Of a stretch of 64,000 bases of DNA, positions 46,199-55,422 are shown one piece after another. The notes under the pieces are model-generated. The model had not been told where the DNA came from. It searched no databases and saw nothing but the letters and a program-made list of their open reading frames with translations. A program made the translations under genes and the position numbers. Numbering within the stretch: position 1 is the first letter of the stretch; the number at the start of each line of letters is the position of its first letter. This stretch comes from Candidatus Uhrbacteria bacterium (lineage in GTDB: Bacteria > Patescibacteriota > Patescibacteriia > UBA9934 > GWF2-40-263). The stretch covers positions 76,439 through 140,438 of the forward strand of contig JBAXQK010000003.1 in assembly GCA_037131775.1 (NCBI GenBank), written 5' to 3'.

Positions 46199-46207
46199 AT
46201 TATACCA
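46199..46207 (-). promoter_or_regulatory. extended -10 TGGTATAAT 9 nt upstream of the ATG of 45278..46189 (leaderless-type)
   Basis: Minus strand TGGTATAAT cttttatt ATG. Confidence 0.5.
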
Positions 46208-46220
46208 CAGGGTTGAGAAG

Positions 46221-46263
46221 GATAAAAAAAACGACAGCCCCTATCCAATCGGACCGGGCTGTC
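46221..46263 (-). terminator. terminator overlapping the stop of 46241..46768
   Basis: Minus RNA CGACAGCCC (15-nt loop) GGGCUGUCG, then UUUUUUUU. Confidence 0.65.
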
Positions 46264-46768
46264 GAGAAGATCGTGTCTGGCTGAGCACGCCGTGGACCGG
46301 GCCGACGTTCGCGTGCATGACGCACGAGACGTACAGGGATCGGAGAAACGCGCGGTGCGTGGAGGAAAGCGTGTTCCCGAGGCGGAGATAGAGGGCTTCC
46401 ATGTCGGCGGTGAAACGCTCGAGGCGGTCTGCGATCCACAGGCCGCGGACGCGCGTTCCGACGAGGCCGTTTCCGCCGACGCGAGCGATCTGGTCCGCGA
46501 CGAACCTCTCGTTGAACGCCGGGTGCACCACCCAGCGCGACGCCACTTCCAGCCCAATTCTCCGGCAGTCGCTCTCGTCCCAACGGCCGAGATTTCCGAG
46601 ATGGTCGAGGAGCAGCGGGATGTCCTGTCGGTAGAGCGACGAGCCAAGTCCGTCCCGGAGCATGCGCTCGACGGGATGTGGCTCGTGGCGTCGACGGGAA
46701 GAAAAACGGCCGGGGGCGGACGCGACCTGTTCGCGCTCGTCCTCGACCAGTGTCAGTGCGGGGATCAC
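46241..46768 (-). CDS. hypothetical protein (175 aa)
   Basis: GC3-rich. Terminator hairpin overlaps its stop. Confidence 0.45.
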   Translation of the reverse strand: MIPALTLVEDEREQVASAPGRFSSRRRHEPHPVERMLRDGLGSSLYRQDIPLLLDHLGNLGRWDESDCRRIGLEVASRWVVHPAFNERFVADQIARVGGNGLVGTRVRGLWIADRLERFTADMEALYLRLGNTLSSTHRAFLRSLYVSCVMHANVGPVHGVLSQTRSSRQPGPIG

Positions 46769-47265
46769 GAGGCGTTCCTACGCCAGGCGGCAGGAAGCGA
46801 CTCGGGGTTCGGTGGAGTCCGTACGGACGAGCAACCCGCAAGGTCGTAGAGCAGCAGCACCGCGGACTGGAGCACGATAACGCGTGACGTATCCGGCATC
46901 GCGTCACTCATCCTCCGAAACCAGGACGGCAACGCATTCGCGAACGCCTCCACGTGCTCGCGCACGCGCTCGGCGAATGGCGTTGACAGGCGCTCGTCGA
47001 CGAACGCACGCGCCGCCTCGGGATCGGCTGCGCATTCCTCGATCTCCGAACGGACCGCTGCCAGTGCGTCGGCGTTCCATACTTGCCTCGGCGGAAGCCA
47101 GGCAAACACGATCGCCGTCTCGTTCTGCGTGAACGGCGCGCCGGGAGCGCCGTTCCCGTCCAGGATTTTCCGAAGGTCCCGGAGCGGCCCGGGAACGTTC
47201 ACGTCGTGCGCGAAGTCGTCTGATGATGGCGCGCGAGTCTTTCGTCGGCTGGTCTGTTGAGACAT
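46765..47265 (-). CDS. hypothetical protein (166 aa)
   Basis: 4-nt overlap with the previous gene. SD GGAGAGGAG upstream. Confidence 0.45.
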   Translation of the reverse strand: MSQQTSRRKTRAPSSDDFAHDVNVPGPLRDLRKILDGNGAPGAPFTQNETAIVFAWLPPRQVWNADALAAVRSEIEECAADPEAARAFVDERLSTPFAERVREHVEAFANALPSWFRRMSDAMPDTSRVIVLQSAVLLLYDLAGCSSVRTPPNPESLPAAWRRNAS

Positions 47266-47330
47266 GATTGCTCCTCTCCCCCGTCAATAGTACACGAAGG
47301 GAGAAACCATCCTATGCGATCCGTCTGAAA

Positions 47331-47368
47331 TTGTCAACCCCCGACCAAAGTGTTATACTCTGTATAAT
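47331..47368 (+). promoter_or_regulatory. promoter TTGTCA-17-TATACT (+ second TATAAT) for the 631-aa gene
   Basis: TTGTCA 47331-47336, TATACT 47354-47359, TATAAT 47363-47368. Confidence 0.6.
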
Positions 47369-47404
47369 TATCGCGCGACTGCGCAAAGCTAACGAAAAAA
47401 ATCT

Positions 47405-49300
47405 ATGATCGGAGAATCAAGAGGCAGCGCACGCAACGCGGAATGGAAGCCAAGGCCAACGCGCGCAAAGGTAACGAAATCACCGGACCGTGATTTTACC
47501 AAGGGACGCGAGGCGGGCGCCTTAAAGACGCGCATTGGTGACTCGAAGCTACAGCCGGAACAGGCGGGGATCGCCCGCAAGTATCTCGCTCTGATGGATA
47601 GCCTCGATGCCGCGCAAAAGACCGCCAACAACTTCAAGAAACCGAAGGATGAGCGCGACGCCGCGACGGCGGAGATCAAGCGAATTGCCGCGCTTGCCAT
47701 TAACCCCCGCCAGGATTTGATTGACGGAGGAATTGACGTAGTCGGCCTCAACCTCCAGAACAAACACAACCGAAAGGTCTTTGAAAAAAAACACGAGGGA
47801 ATTCTCAAGGCCGAGGAACCGAAGCTCGTTTCGAAGGCATCTGAGATCAAGCGGAGAGATCTCGTCCCCGGTTCCGCGGAGCAACGCGGCAACGCGGCAA
47901 TCATCGCGGAGTACAAGAAGCAAAGACTGGACGAACAAAAGCGGACCGAACAGCAGGCGACCGAGACCAAGAACTATCTTGCCGCGGTCGAGCGAACGAA
48001 CGATCTCCACGCCGGACTTTTGAAGATCCGACGCGAGCTTGCGCAAGCGAAGAATTCCGGATCGGAAGACGTCGTCGAGAAACTGACGCGCGATGAAGCC
48101 GACACGACGAAAGCATACGCGGCAGGACGCGAAAAGATTAAAATTGCCGAGCGGTCGCTCAAGGATGCCGGCATCGAGCCGAGCGACAAGCGGTTCGCGA
48201 CGCAGACGGCACGCGATCGTTTATACGCGGAAAAGCCAACGCTGAAGCCCACGATGGAAAGCCGACGTGAAGATCGCGCCAATGGGGCCGAAGCGCTCGA
48301 GATGGGCGAGGATCCAAGCGACGCGGCCGAGGACGTGATCGGCTTTCTCCCGGGACCCGATGACGCAAAGGACGGATCCGTAAGGCCTCTTATGCGCGTA
48401 AACCGAGGAGCGGACGGCCGAGTGATTCGCGGAGGAACTCCCGAGATGGGAAATAAGGATGCCCGACCGTTCGACGCATCCGAGGAAGCTCCGGACATGA
48501 TCGACCTGAACAGCCCGAAGCGAGCGGAGGAACAGAGGATGCGCGAGATTTCCGCGGAAACGAAAAAGGCGGCCGCGGAACAGGCGCGAGTGGAGGCGCT
48601 GAGCGAGGCGCAACGACTCGAGGAATCCATGCTTGGCAAGGACTTCGCGATGGCAAAAGCCGCTCCGGCGCAAAAGCCAGCCGAGAAGACCGGGTTCTTT
48701 TCCCGCATCGCCGGCTTCGACGTCGGAAGTGCCGCAAGAAGGCTTCTCCTGGGCCTTGGAATCGGTCTCGCGGCAGGAAAGGGCGTGGATACGGTCCGCA
48801 ACCACGATCAGTCCCCCGAAAGCGCCCCGACCCACCAGGCATACGACGCGGGAACGCGGGCTGACTACTCGATCCGCGCGGAAACGCCGGCAGCACCTCC
48901 CGCGGCTCAGGCCGTCGAGTCTGGTTCGGCGGACACCGCGCCCGCCGCAAACGTGGAAATCAGCCAGCCGTCGATCGAGGTTCCATCCATGGAAACGAAT
49001 AAGGCCGTCCGTGAATTCAGAAAGAGCGGAGACCCGCGAAATCTCGAGGACGCGTTAAAAAGACTTGAGATCTTCGAAGGAAGGGACGAATACTTGCGAG
49101 GACGGGCCGCGGAACAAAAGGCCGAGCTTCAGGCCCGCCTGGCCGATCTCGCAGCCATTCGTTCCGTCATGAGCTCCAAGAGTCCCGCCGTTGAGGCGTC
49201 AAAACGAATCGACATGGAAAAAAGGATTGCCAAGGCAAAGGCACGCAGCGAAGACATGATATCTTACCTGGAACTCATGCGAACCATTCGCAGCCAGTAA
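47405..49300 (+). CDS. large coiled-coil / low-complexity protein with one central TM segment (631 aa)
   Basis: K/E/A-rich. TM FFSRIAGFDVGSAARRLLLGLGIGLAAG. Lower GC than neighbours. Consensus promoter upstream. Confidence 0.55.
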   Translation: MIGESRGSARNAEWKPRPTRAKVTKSPDRDFTKGREAGALKTRIGDSKLQPEQAGIARKYLALMDSLDAAQKTANNFKKPKDERDAATAEIKRIAALAINPRQDLIDGGIDVVGLNLQNKHNRKVFEKKHEGILKAEEPKLVSKASEIKRRDLVPGSAEQRGNAAIIAEYKKQRLDEQKRTEQQATETKNYLAAVERTNDLHAGLLKIRRELAQAKNSGSEDVVEKLTRDEADTTKAYAAGREKIKIAERSLKDAGIEPSDKRFATQTARDRLYAEKPTLKPTMESRREDRANGAEALEMGEDPSDAAEDVIGFLPGPDDAKDGSVRPLMRVNRGADGRVIRGGTPEMGNKDARPFDASEEAPDMIDLNSPKRAEEQRMREISAETKKAAAEQARVEALSEAQRLEESMLGKDFAMAKAAPAQKPAEKTGFFSRIAGFDVGSAARRLLLGLGIGLAAGKGVDTVRNHDQSPESAPTHQAYDAGTRADYSIRAETPAAPPAAQAVESGSADTAPAANVEISQPSIEVPSMETNKAVREFRKSGDPRNLEDALKRLEIFEGRDEYLRGRAAEQKAELQARLADLAAIRSVMSSKSPAVEASKRIDMEKRIAKAKARSEDMISYLELMRTIRSQ

Positions 49301-49306
49301 GCCACC

Positions 49307-49337
49307 GAAAACGCCTCGCACTAGCGAGGCGTTTTTG
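49307..49337. terminator. bidirectional terminator between the 631-aa gene and thrS
   Basis: gaaaACGCCTCGC acta GCGAGGCGTtttt. Perfect palindrome; the thrS stop is inside. Confidence 0.85.
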
Positions 49338-51063
49338 CTGCGTTCAATGCCGTGGCAACGAGGTCGGCCTGCGGGACCATCAGGTCTTCCGTCGCTCCGA
49401 ACACGTTGATCTTGAAATCCCCTCCCTCGGCTTCCTTGGCACCGAAGACGATCGTCCACGGAACCTTCATCATGGCCGACGCGCGGATTTTCTTTCCGAC
49501 CTTCTCGTCGGACGCGTCGAGCTCCACGCGGAGTCCGGCGGCGGATAGCTTCTCCTTGAGCTCGGTCGCGGCCGGGACGAAGGCGTCCGAAACAGTCGCG
49601 ATGCGAATCTGGTACGGGGCGAGCCACATCGGGAACGCGCCGCCGAGGTGCTCGATGAGGACGGCCATGAAGCGCTCGATGGATCCCATGATCGCGCAGT
49701 GGACCATGACGATCTGTTCCTTCTCGCCCTGCTCGTTAACGCAGGTGAGACCGAAGTTGCGCGGCTGGTTGAAATCGAGCTGGATCGTGGCGACCTGGTG
49801 CGTTCGGCCGATGGAGTCCTTTGCCATGAAGTCGATCTTCGGGCCGTAGAACGCGGCCTCGCCCGGACCGTCGGCGTAGGCGCTTCCGACGTGCGACTCG
49901 ATGATGTCCCGAAGCTCGGCCTCCGATCGGTCCCAGTCTGCCGAATCTCCAAGGTACTTCTCCGGCATGGCGGGATCACGGCGCGACAGGCGAAGCGACA
50001 GCTCGTAGCCGAACGCGCCGTAGAACGTCGTGATGATGCCCCAGATCTTCTCCGCCTCCTCGCGGACCTGCGACAGACGGCAGAACACATGCGCGTCGTC
50101 CTGGGTAATCGAGAGCACGCGGGTGAGCCCTCCGAGCTCGCCCGACTGCTCGTCGCGGTACACCATAGTCGTCTCGGCGTAGCGGACGGGAAGGTCGCGG
50201 TACGAGCGCATCTCCGAGGCGTAGATCTGCGCGTGGTGCGGGCAGTTCATCGGCTTCATGGCGTAGGTGTGCTTCTCGCGCGTGACGATCTTGAATAGGT
50301 CGTCGGCATACTTGGCCCAGTGGCCGGACGTCTCATACAGGTCCTTCTTGGTGATGTGCGGGATGGTCACGCGCTCGTAGCCGTGCGCGCGACGAAGCGA
50401 CCAGACGAACCCGTCGAGCAGCATGCGGACGGTCGTGCCGCGCGGAGTCCAGAGCGGGAGTCCGGGACCGACCAGGTCGGAGAAGGTGAACAGCTTGAGC
50501 TCGGCGCCAAGCTTCCGGTGGTCGCGCTTCTTGGCCTCCTCGAGCATTGCGGAATGGGCGGCGAGCTCCGCGGCCGTGGCGAACGCAAGCCCGTAGATGC
50601 GCGTGAGCTGGTCCTTTTCCGAATCGCCGCGCCAGTACGCGCCCGCGATCTTTGACAGCTTAAACGACTCGGGGTCGACATTCGCGAGCGACTCCGCATG
50701 GCCGCCGCGGCACAGGTCGACGTACGATCCCGACCGGTACAGCGTCAGCGTCTGCCCTTCCGTCGAGAACTCGTTAATGAGCTCCGTCTTGTACTTGTTG
50801 TCCGCGAACGCCGCGCGTGCCTCGTCGGCCGAGACTTCCGAGCGGTCGAACGACGTGAAGGTCGGCAGCAGCTCGCGCATCTTTGCCTCGATCTTCGGCA
50901 GGTCCTCTTCCGAGACGGGCGTCGAGAACTTGAAATCGTAATAGAACCCGTCGTCGACGGCCGGGCCGATGGTGCGCTTGGAGTCCGGGTACAGCTCGAG
51001 GACTGCCGCGGCGAGCAGGTGGGCAAGCGAATGGCGGAGGTGGGAGAGCTCTTCGGAAGACAT
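49321..51063 (-). CDS. thrS: threonyl-tRNA synthetase (short form)
   Basis: HxxxH SAD motif HLRHSLAHLL; class II core; 580 aa from ATG 51061-51063. Confidence 0.9.
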   Translation of the reverse strand: MSSEELSHLRHSLAHLLAAAVLELYPDSKRTIGPAVDDGFYYDFKFSTPVSEEDLPKIEAKMRELLPTFTSFDRSEVSADEARAAFADNKYKTELINEFSTEGQTLTLYRSGSYVDLCRGGHAESLANVDPESFKLSKIAGAYWRGDSEKDQLTRIYGLAFATAAELAAHSAMLEEAKKRDHRKLGAELKLFTFSDLVGPGLPLWTPRGTTVRMLLDGFVWSLRRAHGYERVTIPHITKKDLYETSGHWAKYADDLFKIVTREKHTYAMKPMNCPHHAQIYASEMRSYRDLPVRYAETTMVYRDEQSGELGGLTRVLSITQDDAHVFCRLSQVREEAEKIWGIITTFYGAFGYELSLRLSRRDPAMPEKYLGDSADWDRSEAELRDIIESHVGSAYADGPGEAAFYGPKIDFMAKDSIGRTHQVATIQLDFNQPRNFGLTCVNEQGEKEQIVMVHCAIMGSIERFMAVLIEHLGGAFPMWLAPYQIRIATVSDAFVPAATELKEKLSAAGLRVELDASDEKVGKKIRASAMMKVPWTIVFGAKEAEGGDFKINVFGATEDLMVPQADLVATALNAAKTPR

Positions 51064-51102
51064 AGGGTTTGAGGACAAGGGTGACCGATAACCCTCGAAC
51101 TG

Positions 51103-51138
51103 TAACACAAATGAAAGAACGGCCACAAGCGGCCGTTC
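51103..51138 (-). terminator. terminator after 51139..52308, upstream of thrS
   Basis: Minus RNA GAACGGCC gcuugu GGCCGUUC, then UUUCAUUUGUGU. Confidence 0.7.
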
Positions 51139-52308
51139 CTACTGCGCAATCTCCACGTAAATGTGGTCTTTCAGCCTCGGAACACGCTTCATCCAGAACG
51201 GGGTAAACTCGACCGTCACGTCGGACGCGATCGTTTCCTTTACGAGCAAATCCTTGATTTCCTCCTGGCTCATTCCCGCGAACCGTCCCGGCTCAAGCGA
51301 CCGGCTGGTGGCCGAAGGGGCGACGATTCCGTCCATGTACACGTGGACGCTCGCGGTTCCGAGCTTCGCGTCCGCGACCTTGTCGACGGATGCCTGGAGC
51401 GCGTTGTCATTCGATCCGACGAAGTCCATTCCCGGAAGCAGCTGCTCGAACAATTTTTTCTTCGCGATGACTGCCAGCGCGGCGCGATCGTAGAACACCC
51501 CGGTTGCCTCTATCGACATCGTGAGGCTGAACCCGGACGCCTCGGCCCCGGCCTGCGTATCGCTCTTCTGTTCCGTGACCTCGAAGGAATAGGCCTCGCC
51601 GGAAAGGCCATCCTCGGCCTTCGCCTTCAGCGCCGCCTTCGCCTGTTCCTCCAGCGTGCCACGCAGCTCGAGCGCCGATCGGTCGATATCCTCCTGGGTC
51701 ACGATGGAAACCGTGCGCGTCCCGCCGACGAATGCGACGGCGTTGTCGGCGTAGATGGACTTTTGAAGCGACTCGGAAAGGCCCGGTATCGAAAACTTCG
51801 TCGGAGCGACGTTCCCCGTCGCGCCCGCGACGTCGGCGTGGATCGCTGCCTCGACCGTCCCGTTCGCCGGAACCGTCACGCCCTTGTCGAGCCGGAAGAG
51901 GATGCCGTCCGCGCTCAGGAACCGGGTCGTGGCAACGAGCGGCTGGGTGTGCGACGACGCGTTGTGGACGATGACCGTCCCGCCGGCCTTCTCGTCGATG
52001 ATCTTTCCCGGGTTGGCCGACGCGAACGGCGCGGTCTTCTGCACGGTCGCGGTCACGATGGATCCGCGCACCTCCGAGTCCTTGGTCGGCGTCTTCACCA
52101 CGTCCGCGATGAACTCGGTCTTCACCGTCGTCTTGATCGGCACCACATGAATCGTCGCCGAGACCGTCGAGACGTAGAGAACGGCTGCCAGCATCATGGC
52201 CACCGCAACGACAAAGCCGACCGCGATACGGCGGTATAGCTTCAGCGAAGGGGCGGCCGGAGCCGGAGCCTTCGCAGTGACCTTCGATTTTTTGACGGCT
52301 GGTGCCAT
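51139..52308 (-). CDS. membrane-anchored hypothetical protein (389 aa)
   Basis: N-terminal TM IAVGFVVAVAMMLAAVLYV, then a long soluble region. Confidence 0.5.
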   Translation of the reverse strand: MAPAVKKSKVTAKAPAPAAPSLKLYRRIAVGFVVAVAMMLAAVLYVSTVSATIHVVPIKTTVKTEFIADVVKTPTKDSEVRGSIVTATVQKTAPFASANPGKIIDEKAGGTVIVHNASSHTQPLVATTRFLSADGILFRLDKGVTVPANGTVEAAIHADVAGATGNVAPTKFSIPGLSESLQKSIYADNAVAFVGGTRTVSIVTQEDIDRSALELRGTLEEQAKAALKAKAEDGLSGEAYSFEVTEQKSDTQAGAEASGFSLTMSIEATGVFYDRAALAVIAKKKLFEQLLPGMDFVGSNDNALQASVDKVADAKLGTASVHVYMDGIVAPSATSRSLEPGRFAGMSQEEIKDLLVKETIASDVTVEFTPFWMKRVPRLKDHIYVEIAQ

Positions 52309-52358
52309 GGGTTCCTCCTACCACGGACGGGACTAGCGCCCCTATGGATATGATTCTA

Positions 52359-52607
52359 TCACGTTTCCTCAATAATGTCTGTAGCGAAGAGATACGGGGT
52401 ACGATAGACGGACGAAAGCACCGCCATGAACGCAAGGCCGTCCGCGACGGTCAACGCGGTTCCGAGGAGCGGATCGACGATCCCCGCGCTGAGATCCGCG
52501 ACCATGTCCGGGTCGCCCGACGGGACCGCGACGCCGTCGACGAGGTCGACGCGGGCGAGGCGGACGGACTGGCCGTTTTCGAGGGCAAATATGTTCACGT
52601 GTGGCAT
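52359..52607 (-). CDS. small hypothetical protein (82 aa)
   Basis: Strong GC3 bias. Confidence 0.4.
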   Translation of the reverse strand: MPHVNIFALENGQSVRLARVDLVDGVAVPSGDPDMVADLSAGIVDPLLGTALTVADGLAFMAVLSSVYRTPYLFATDIIEET

Positions 52608-52616
52608 AGGCTCTGG

Positions 52617-54284
52617 TTATAGCGGCCTTGTCACGTCCGGCCCGCTCGGTCTTGACCTCGGCGTCTGCGCCGACTTTGACGCAAGGTACGCGGCGAATTT
52701 CTCCCCGAAGTCCCTTCGAAATCTGGGCAGGTATTTGGGGTACTTCGCCCCCGGACCGTCCGCGACGAATCTCGCGACCATCGCGTCGATGCGCTTCCCG
52801 TACGCTTCCAGGTACGGACCCATGTTCTCCGGCAACAGGCCGACCATTCGCTCGAACGTCTTTCGCTCCGCCGAATCCCTCCACGCGACAACCCGCTCCT
52901 GCAACGACTCTGGAACCGTATCGCCCGACTCCGACATGAGCAGAAGCGGCACGGAGCTGAAGGGCGATTCGACGTCGGAGGAAAGGTCGGAGCCGTAGTC
53001 GATGGGGACGAGGCCGCGTGACGTCCTCATGATGTTGCGCGGCGCCAGGTCCGAGTTATTCAAGAGAACGCTCGCCACCGCCATCGGACCGATCTCTGGC
53101 CTGAGGCGGCCGCTCGGAAGTTGAAACCATTCGTCAATCCGACTGCAGTCTTTTCCGTCCAGCAGCTCCAACACCGTCACGTCGCCGTACGGCTCCAGCC
53201 GGCGCGACACGACGGCGGGCGCCTCCACGCCGAATCCGACCGCGTGCATGGACGCCGCCACCTCGCGGTACTTCCCGTTTCCCGGCGTGACGCCCTCGCG
53301 CGCAAACCGCTCGCTGAATGAGAACTTCACCACGGCCTGCCGCGTGTCGTCCCCGTCCTGAAACGTCACGATGACCGGCGAGGCGGCATGGTCTTCCGTG
53401 GAAATGACCGGCCTCGGGACCCCGACGATTTTGCCACGTCGAAAAATCTCCTCGGTGCGTCGACGGCGCTCGATGGATTCGCGGCGCTCCGCATGGGACG
53501 CGACGATCGCGTCGTACATGTCGACCTGGCACGCATAAAGCCTCTGGTCGCGCGCGTCGTCCTGCAGCGCTTCCCTCTCAAGCTCGCTTGGCAGGCGAAT
53601 CAGGTGCTCCGGCATCCCGACCCACGCGAGCATTACCGCGCGCCAGGTTTCCTTCGCCTCGCGGAACGAACGGTTCGCAATCTGGTTCACGAGCCGTCGC
53701 GCGTCTCCCCGCGCGCGGGGGGGAACGAGATCGGAGGAAAGGACGCGGGAGGATGTCCGGAGGGATTCGGGAACGTACGCCAGGAACGTCTCGAGGATTG
53801 GCGTCGGTTCCAAGTCCGCCGCGATATCGGCCCTCTGACGCAGCAATGCCTCCGTGACAAACCGCGGGTGACCTGCGCCCGCACGAAGGGTTTCCGCGGC
53901 CTCCTCGGGAGAAAAGTCACGGAGAAAGCTTGAAACGAGCCGCGTTTCGGTCAGCGTCAGATCAAGCTGCACTTCCGCGATGCGGATCGACCGCCACTCC
54001 GGGTTCGACAAATCGTTCGCTTCCAGAAGCTCCCTGGCCCGCGCCAGTCTCTCCTGCGTGTTCCCGCGCCTGCTCTTCGGGATCGAGTCGCTCCATTTCG
54101 CGAACCTCGCCTCAAATGCGTCCGTGAGCTCAAGAAGCGACCGCGGGGTCGTCCGTGCCTCGGCCGCGGCACGGACGTCAACGAGGCCACGCATGACGCG
54201 GTCCGAGAGCGGCAGGATGCGCGGCTGCCCGCGGTCGGTCATCTCGCGCGAAATCTCAGGGCTGATGGGATTTGGCTCTGCCAT
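52617..54284 (-). CDS. hypothetical protein with C-terminal atypical protein-kinase-like domain
   Basis: C-terminal region has AVVKF (beta3 Lys-like), NSDLAPRNIM (D-L-x-P-x-N catalytic loop) and LVPIDYGSD (DFG-like). N-terminal about 350 aa helical. ATG 54282-54284. Confidence 0.55.
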   Translation of the reverse strand: MAEPNPISPEISREMTDRGQPRILPLSDRVMRGLVDVRAAAEARTTPRSLLELTDAFEARFAKWSDSIPKSRRGNTQERLARARELLEANDLSNPEWRSIRIAEVQLDLTLTETRLVSSFLRDFSPEEAAETLRAGAGHPRFVTEALLRQRADIAADLEPTPILETFLAYVPESLRTSSRVLSSDLVPPRARGDARRLVNQIANRSFREAKETWRAVMLAWVGMPEHLIRLPSELEREALQDDARDQRLYACQVDMYDAIVASHAERRESIERRRRTEEIFRRGKIVGVPRPVISTEDHAASPVIVTFQDGDDTRQAVVKFSFSERFAREGVTPGNGKYREVAASMHAVGFGVEAPAVVSRRLEPYGDVTVLELLDGKDCSRIDEWFQLPSGRLRPEIGPMAVASVLLNNSDLAPRNIMRTSRGLVPIDYGSDLSSDVESPFSSVPLLLMSESGDTVPESLQERVVAWRDSAERKTFERMVGLLPENMGPYLEAYGKRIDAMVARFVADGPGAKYPKYLPRFRRDFGEKFAAYLASKSAQTPRSRPSGPDVTRPL

Positions 54285-54346
54285 ATTCCGGTCCAGTATA
54301 CGATGCCCGGGATCGCAGATCAAACAAAAAAGACCCTGAGCGAAGC

Positions 54347-54631
54347 TCAAGGCCGAGTCGAACGTGTCTTCGGAACCGTCGCGCACCAGGCGCCATAGGC
54401 CACCGCCACGGTTGGCTGGTACGTGTCGAGCACGCCGTCCAGGAACGCCGTTCCGTCGTGCTGGCTCAGGCCGCACCGTTCGCAGACGTCGAACCGGATC
54501 GTCTCGATCGCCTCGTCGGACCCCGTGATCAGAACGTTCTCGCCGGCAAGGAACGCCGACGCGACGGTAATCTCCTTTCCATCGTCGTCGACGCAGACGA
54601 CGTTCACGCGTCTCGGATCTCCTTCGCTCAT
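54347..54631 (-). CDS. small Cys-containing hypothetical protein (94 aa)
   Basis: SD AGGAGG 5 nt upstream of ATG 54629-54631. GC3-rich. Confidence 0.5.
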   Translation of the reverse strand: MSEGDPRRVNVVCVDDDGKEITVASAFLAGENVLITGSDEAIETIRFDVCERCGLSQHDGTAFLDGVLDTYQPTVAVAYGAWCATVPKTRSTRP

Positions 54632-54706
54632 GGCACCCTCCTGTTGTGGGTGGAGAACGAGTGTGGCAGAAAAGGAGTCCCGCGTCAAGACGGCCACGGG
54701 CAAATC

Positions 54707-54739
54707 AAACGATGTCAACACTCGGTGTTGACATCGTTT
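54707..54739. promoter_or_regulatory. perfect 15-bp inverted repeat AAACGATGTCAACAC-tcg-GTGTTGACATCGTTT
   Basis: Overlaps the stop of 54738..55412 and lies about 75 nt upstream of the 94-aa gene. Contains TTGACA on both strands. Confidence 0.6.
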
Positions 54740-55412
54740 ATCCCAGCGATACGAAGAATCCATCCCGGGCGCCTAGCGCGGGATAGCGGTCCGTCTCCGG
54801 GTCGGCGCCAATGCGCAGGCGCTCCGGGTTCGCGTTCCAGGCGGCGTAAAGGACGTTTCCTTCCTTGTCGCGGCTGCCGAGCAGCCACGAGGAACCGCCC
54901 GTCGATCGGTCGACGAGGTGCGCGCCGGTCGTCTCAAAATGGACGCGTTCCTCGACGAGAAACTCGGCGATCGTGAGCCCGACGCGGTTGGTCGTCTCGA
55001 ACGTCGCGGCGAGACCGGCGGCGCTCCGGCCGAGCGTGTTCCTTGCCATCGCGCGGTCCGGGTTCGTCAGCAAAAGGTACGACCGCCCGACGCGACGCGG
55101 ATCCGTCGTGACGATCCCGTCCGGCCAGCTTGCCGTGACGCGGGCCGAGCGGTCGACGGGAAACGCAGCGAGAAGCTCGGGGAGATGTCGCTCGATCCCG
55201 GCCGGGATCAGAAGGACGCGCGAATACCCTTCCCTGGCCTTGGCGCGGAGAACGTCCAATTGATCGCGCGACAGGTCGATGGTCGGCGGCAGTGTCGCGG
55301 CAAGGTCGGCGAGGCCGAGGCGATCGTAAAAATCGACGGCATCTCGACGCAGCGCCGAAAGGTCGACGGCGATTTCGACGGGTAGCAGACCTTCGGGATG
55401 GGAGCGCTTCAT
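54738..55412 (-). CDS. hypothetical protein (224 aa)
   Basis: GC3-rich. A 15-bp perfect palindrome lies immediately downstream. Confidence 0.5.
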   Translation of the reverse strand: MKRSHPEGLLPVEIAVDLSALRRDAVDFYDRLGLADLAATLPPTIDLSRDQLDVLRAKAREGYSRVLLIPAGIERHLPELLAAFPVDRSARVTASWPDGIVTTDPRRVGRSYLLLTNPDRAMARNTLGRSAAGLAATFETTNRVGLTIAEFLVEERVHFETTGAHLVDRSTGGSSWLLGSRDKEGNVLYAAWNANPERLRIGADPETDRYPALGARDGFFVSLG

Positions 55413-55422
55413 ACGATGACAA

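Noticed and set aside
46200-46907. 235-aa Arg-rich minus ORF
   Set aside because: Overlaps the two better-behaved ORFs 46241..46768 and 46765..47265 in a different frame, and the composition is junk-like.
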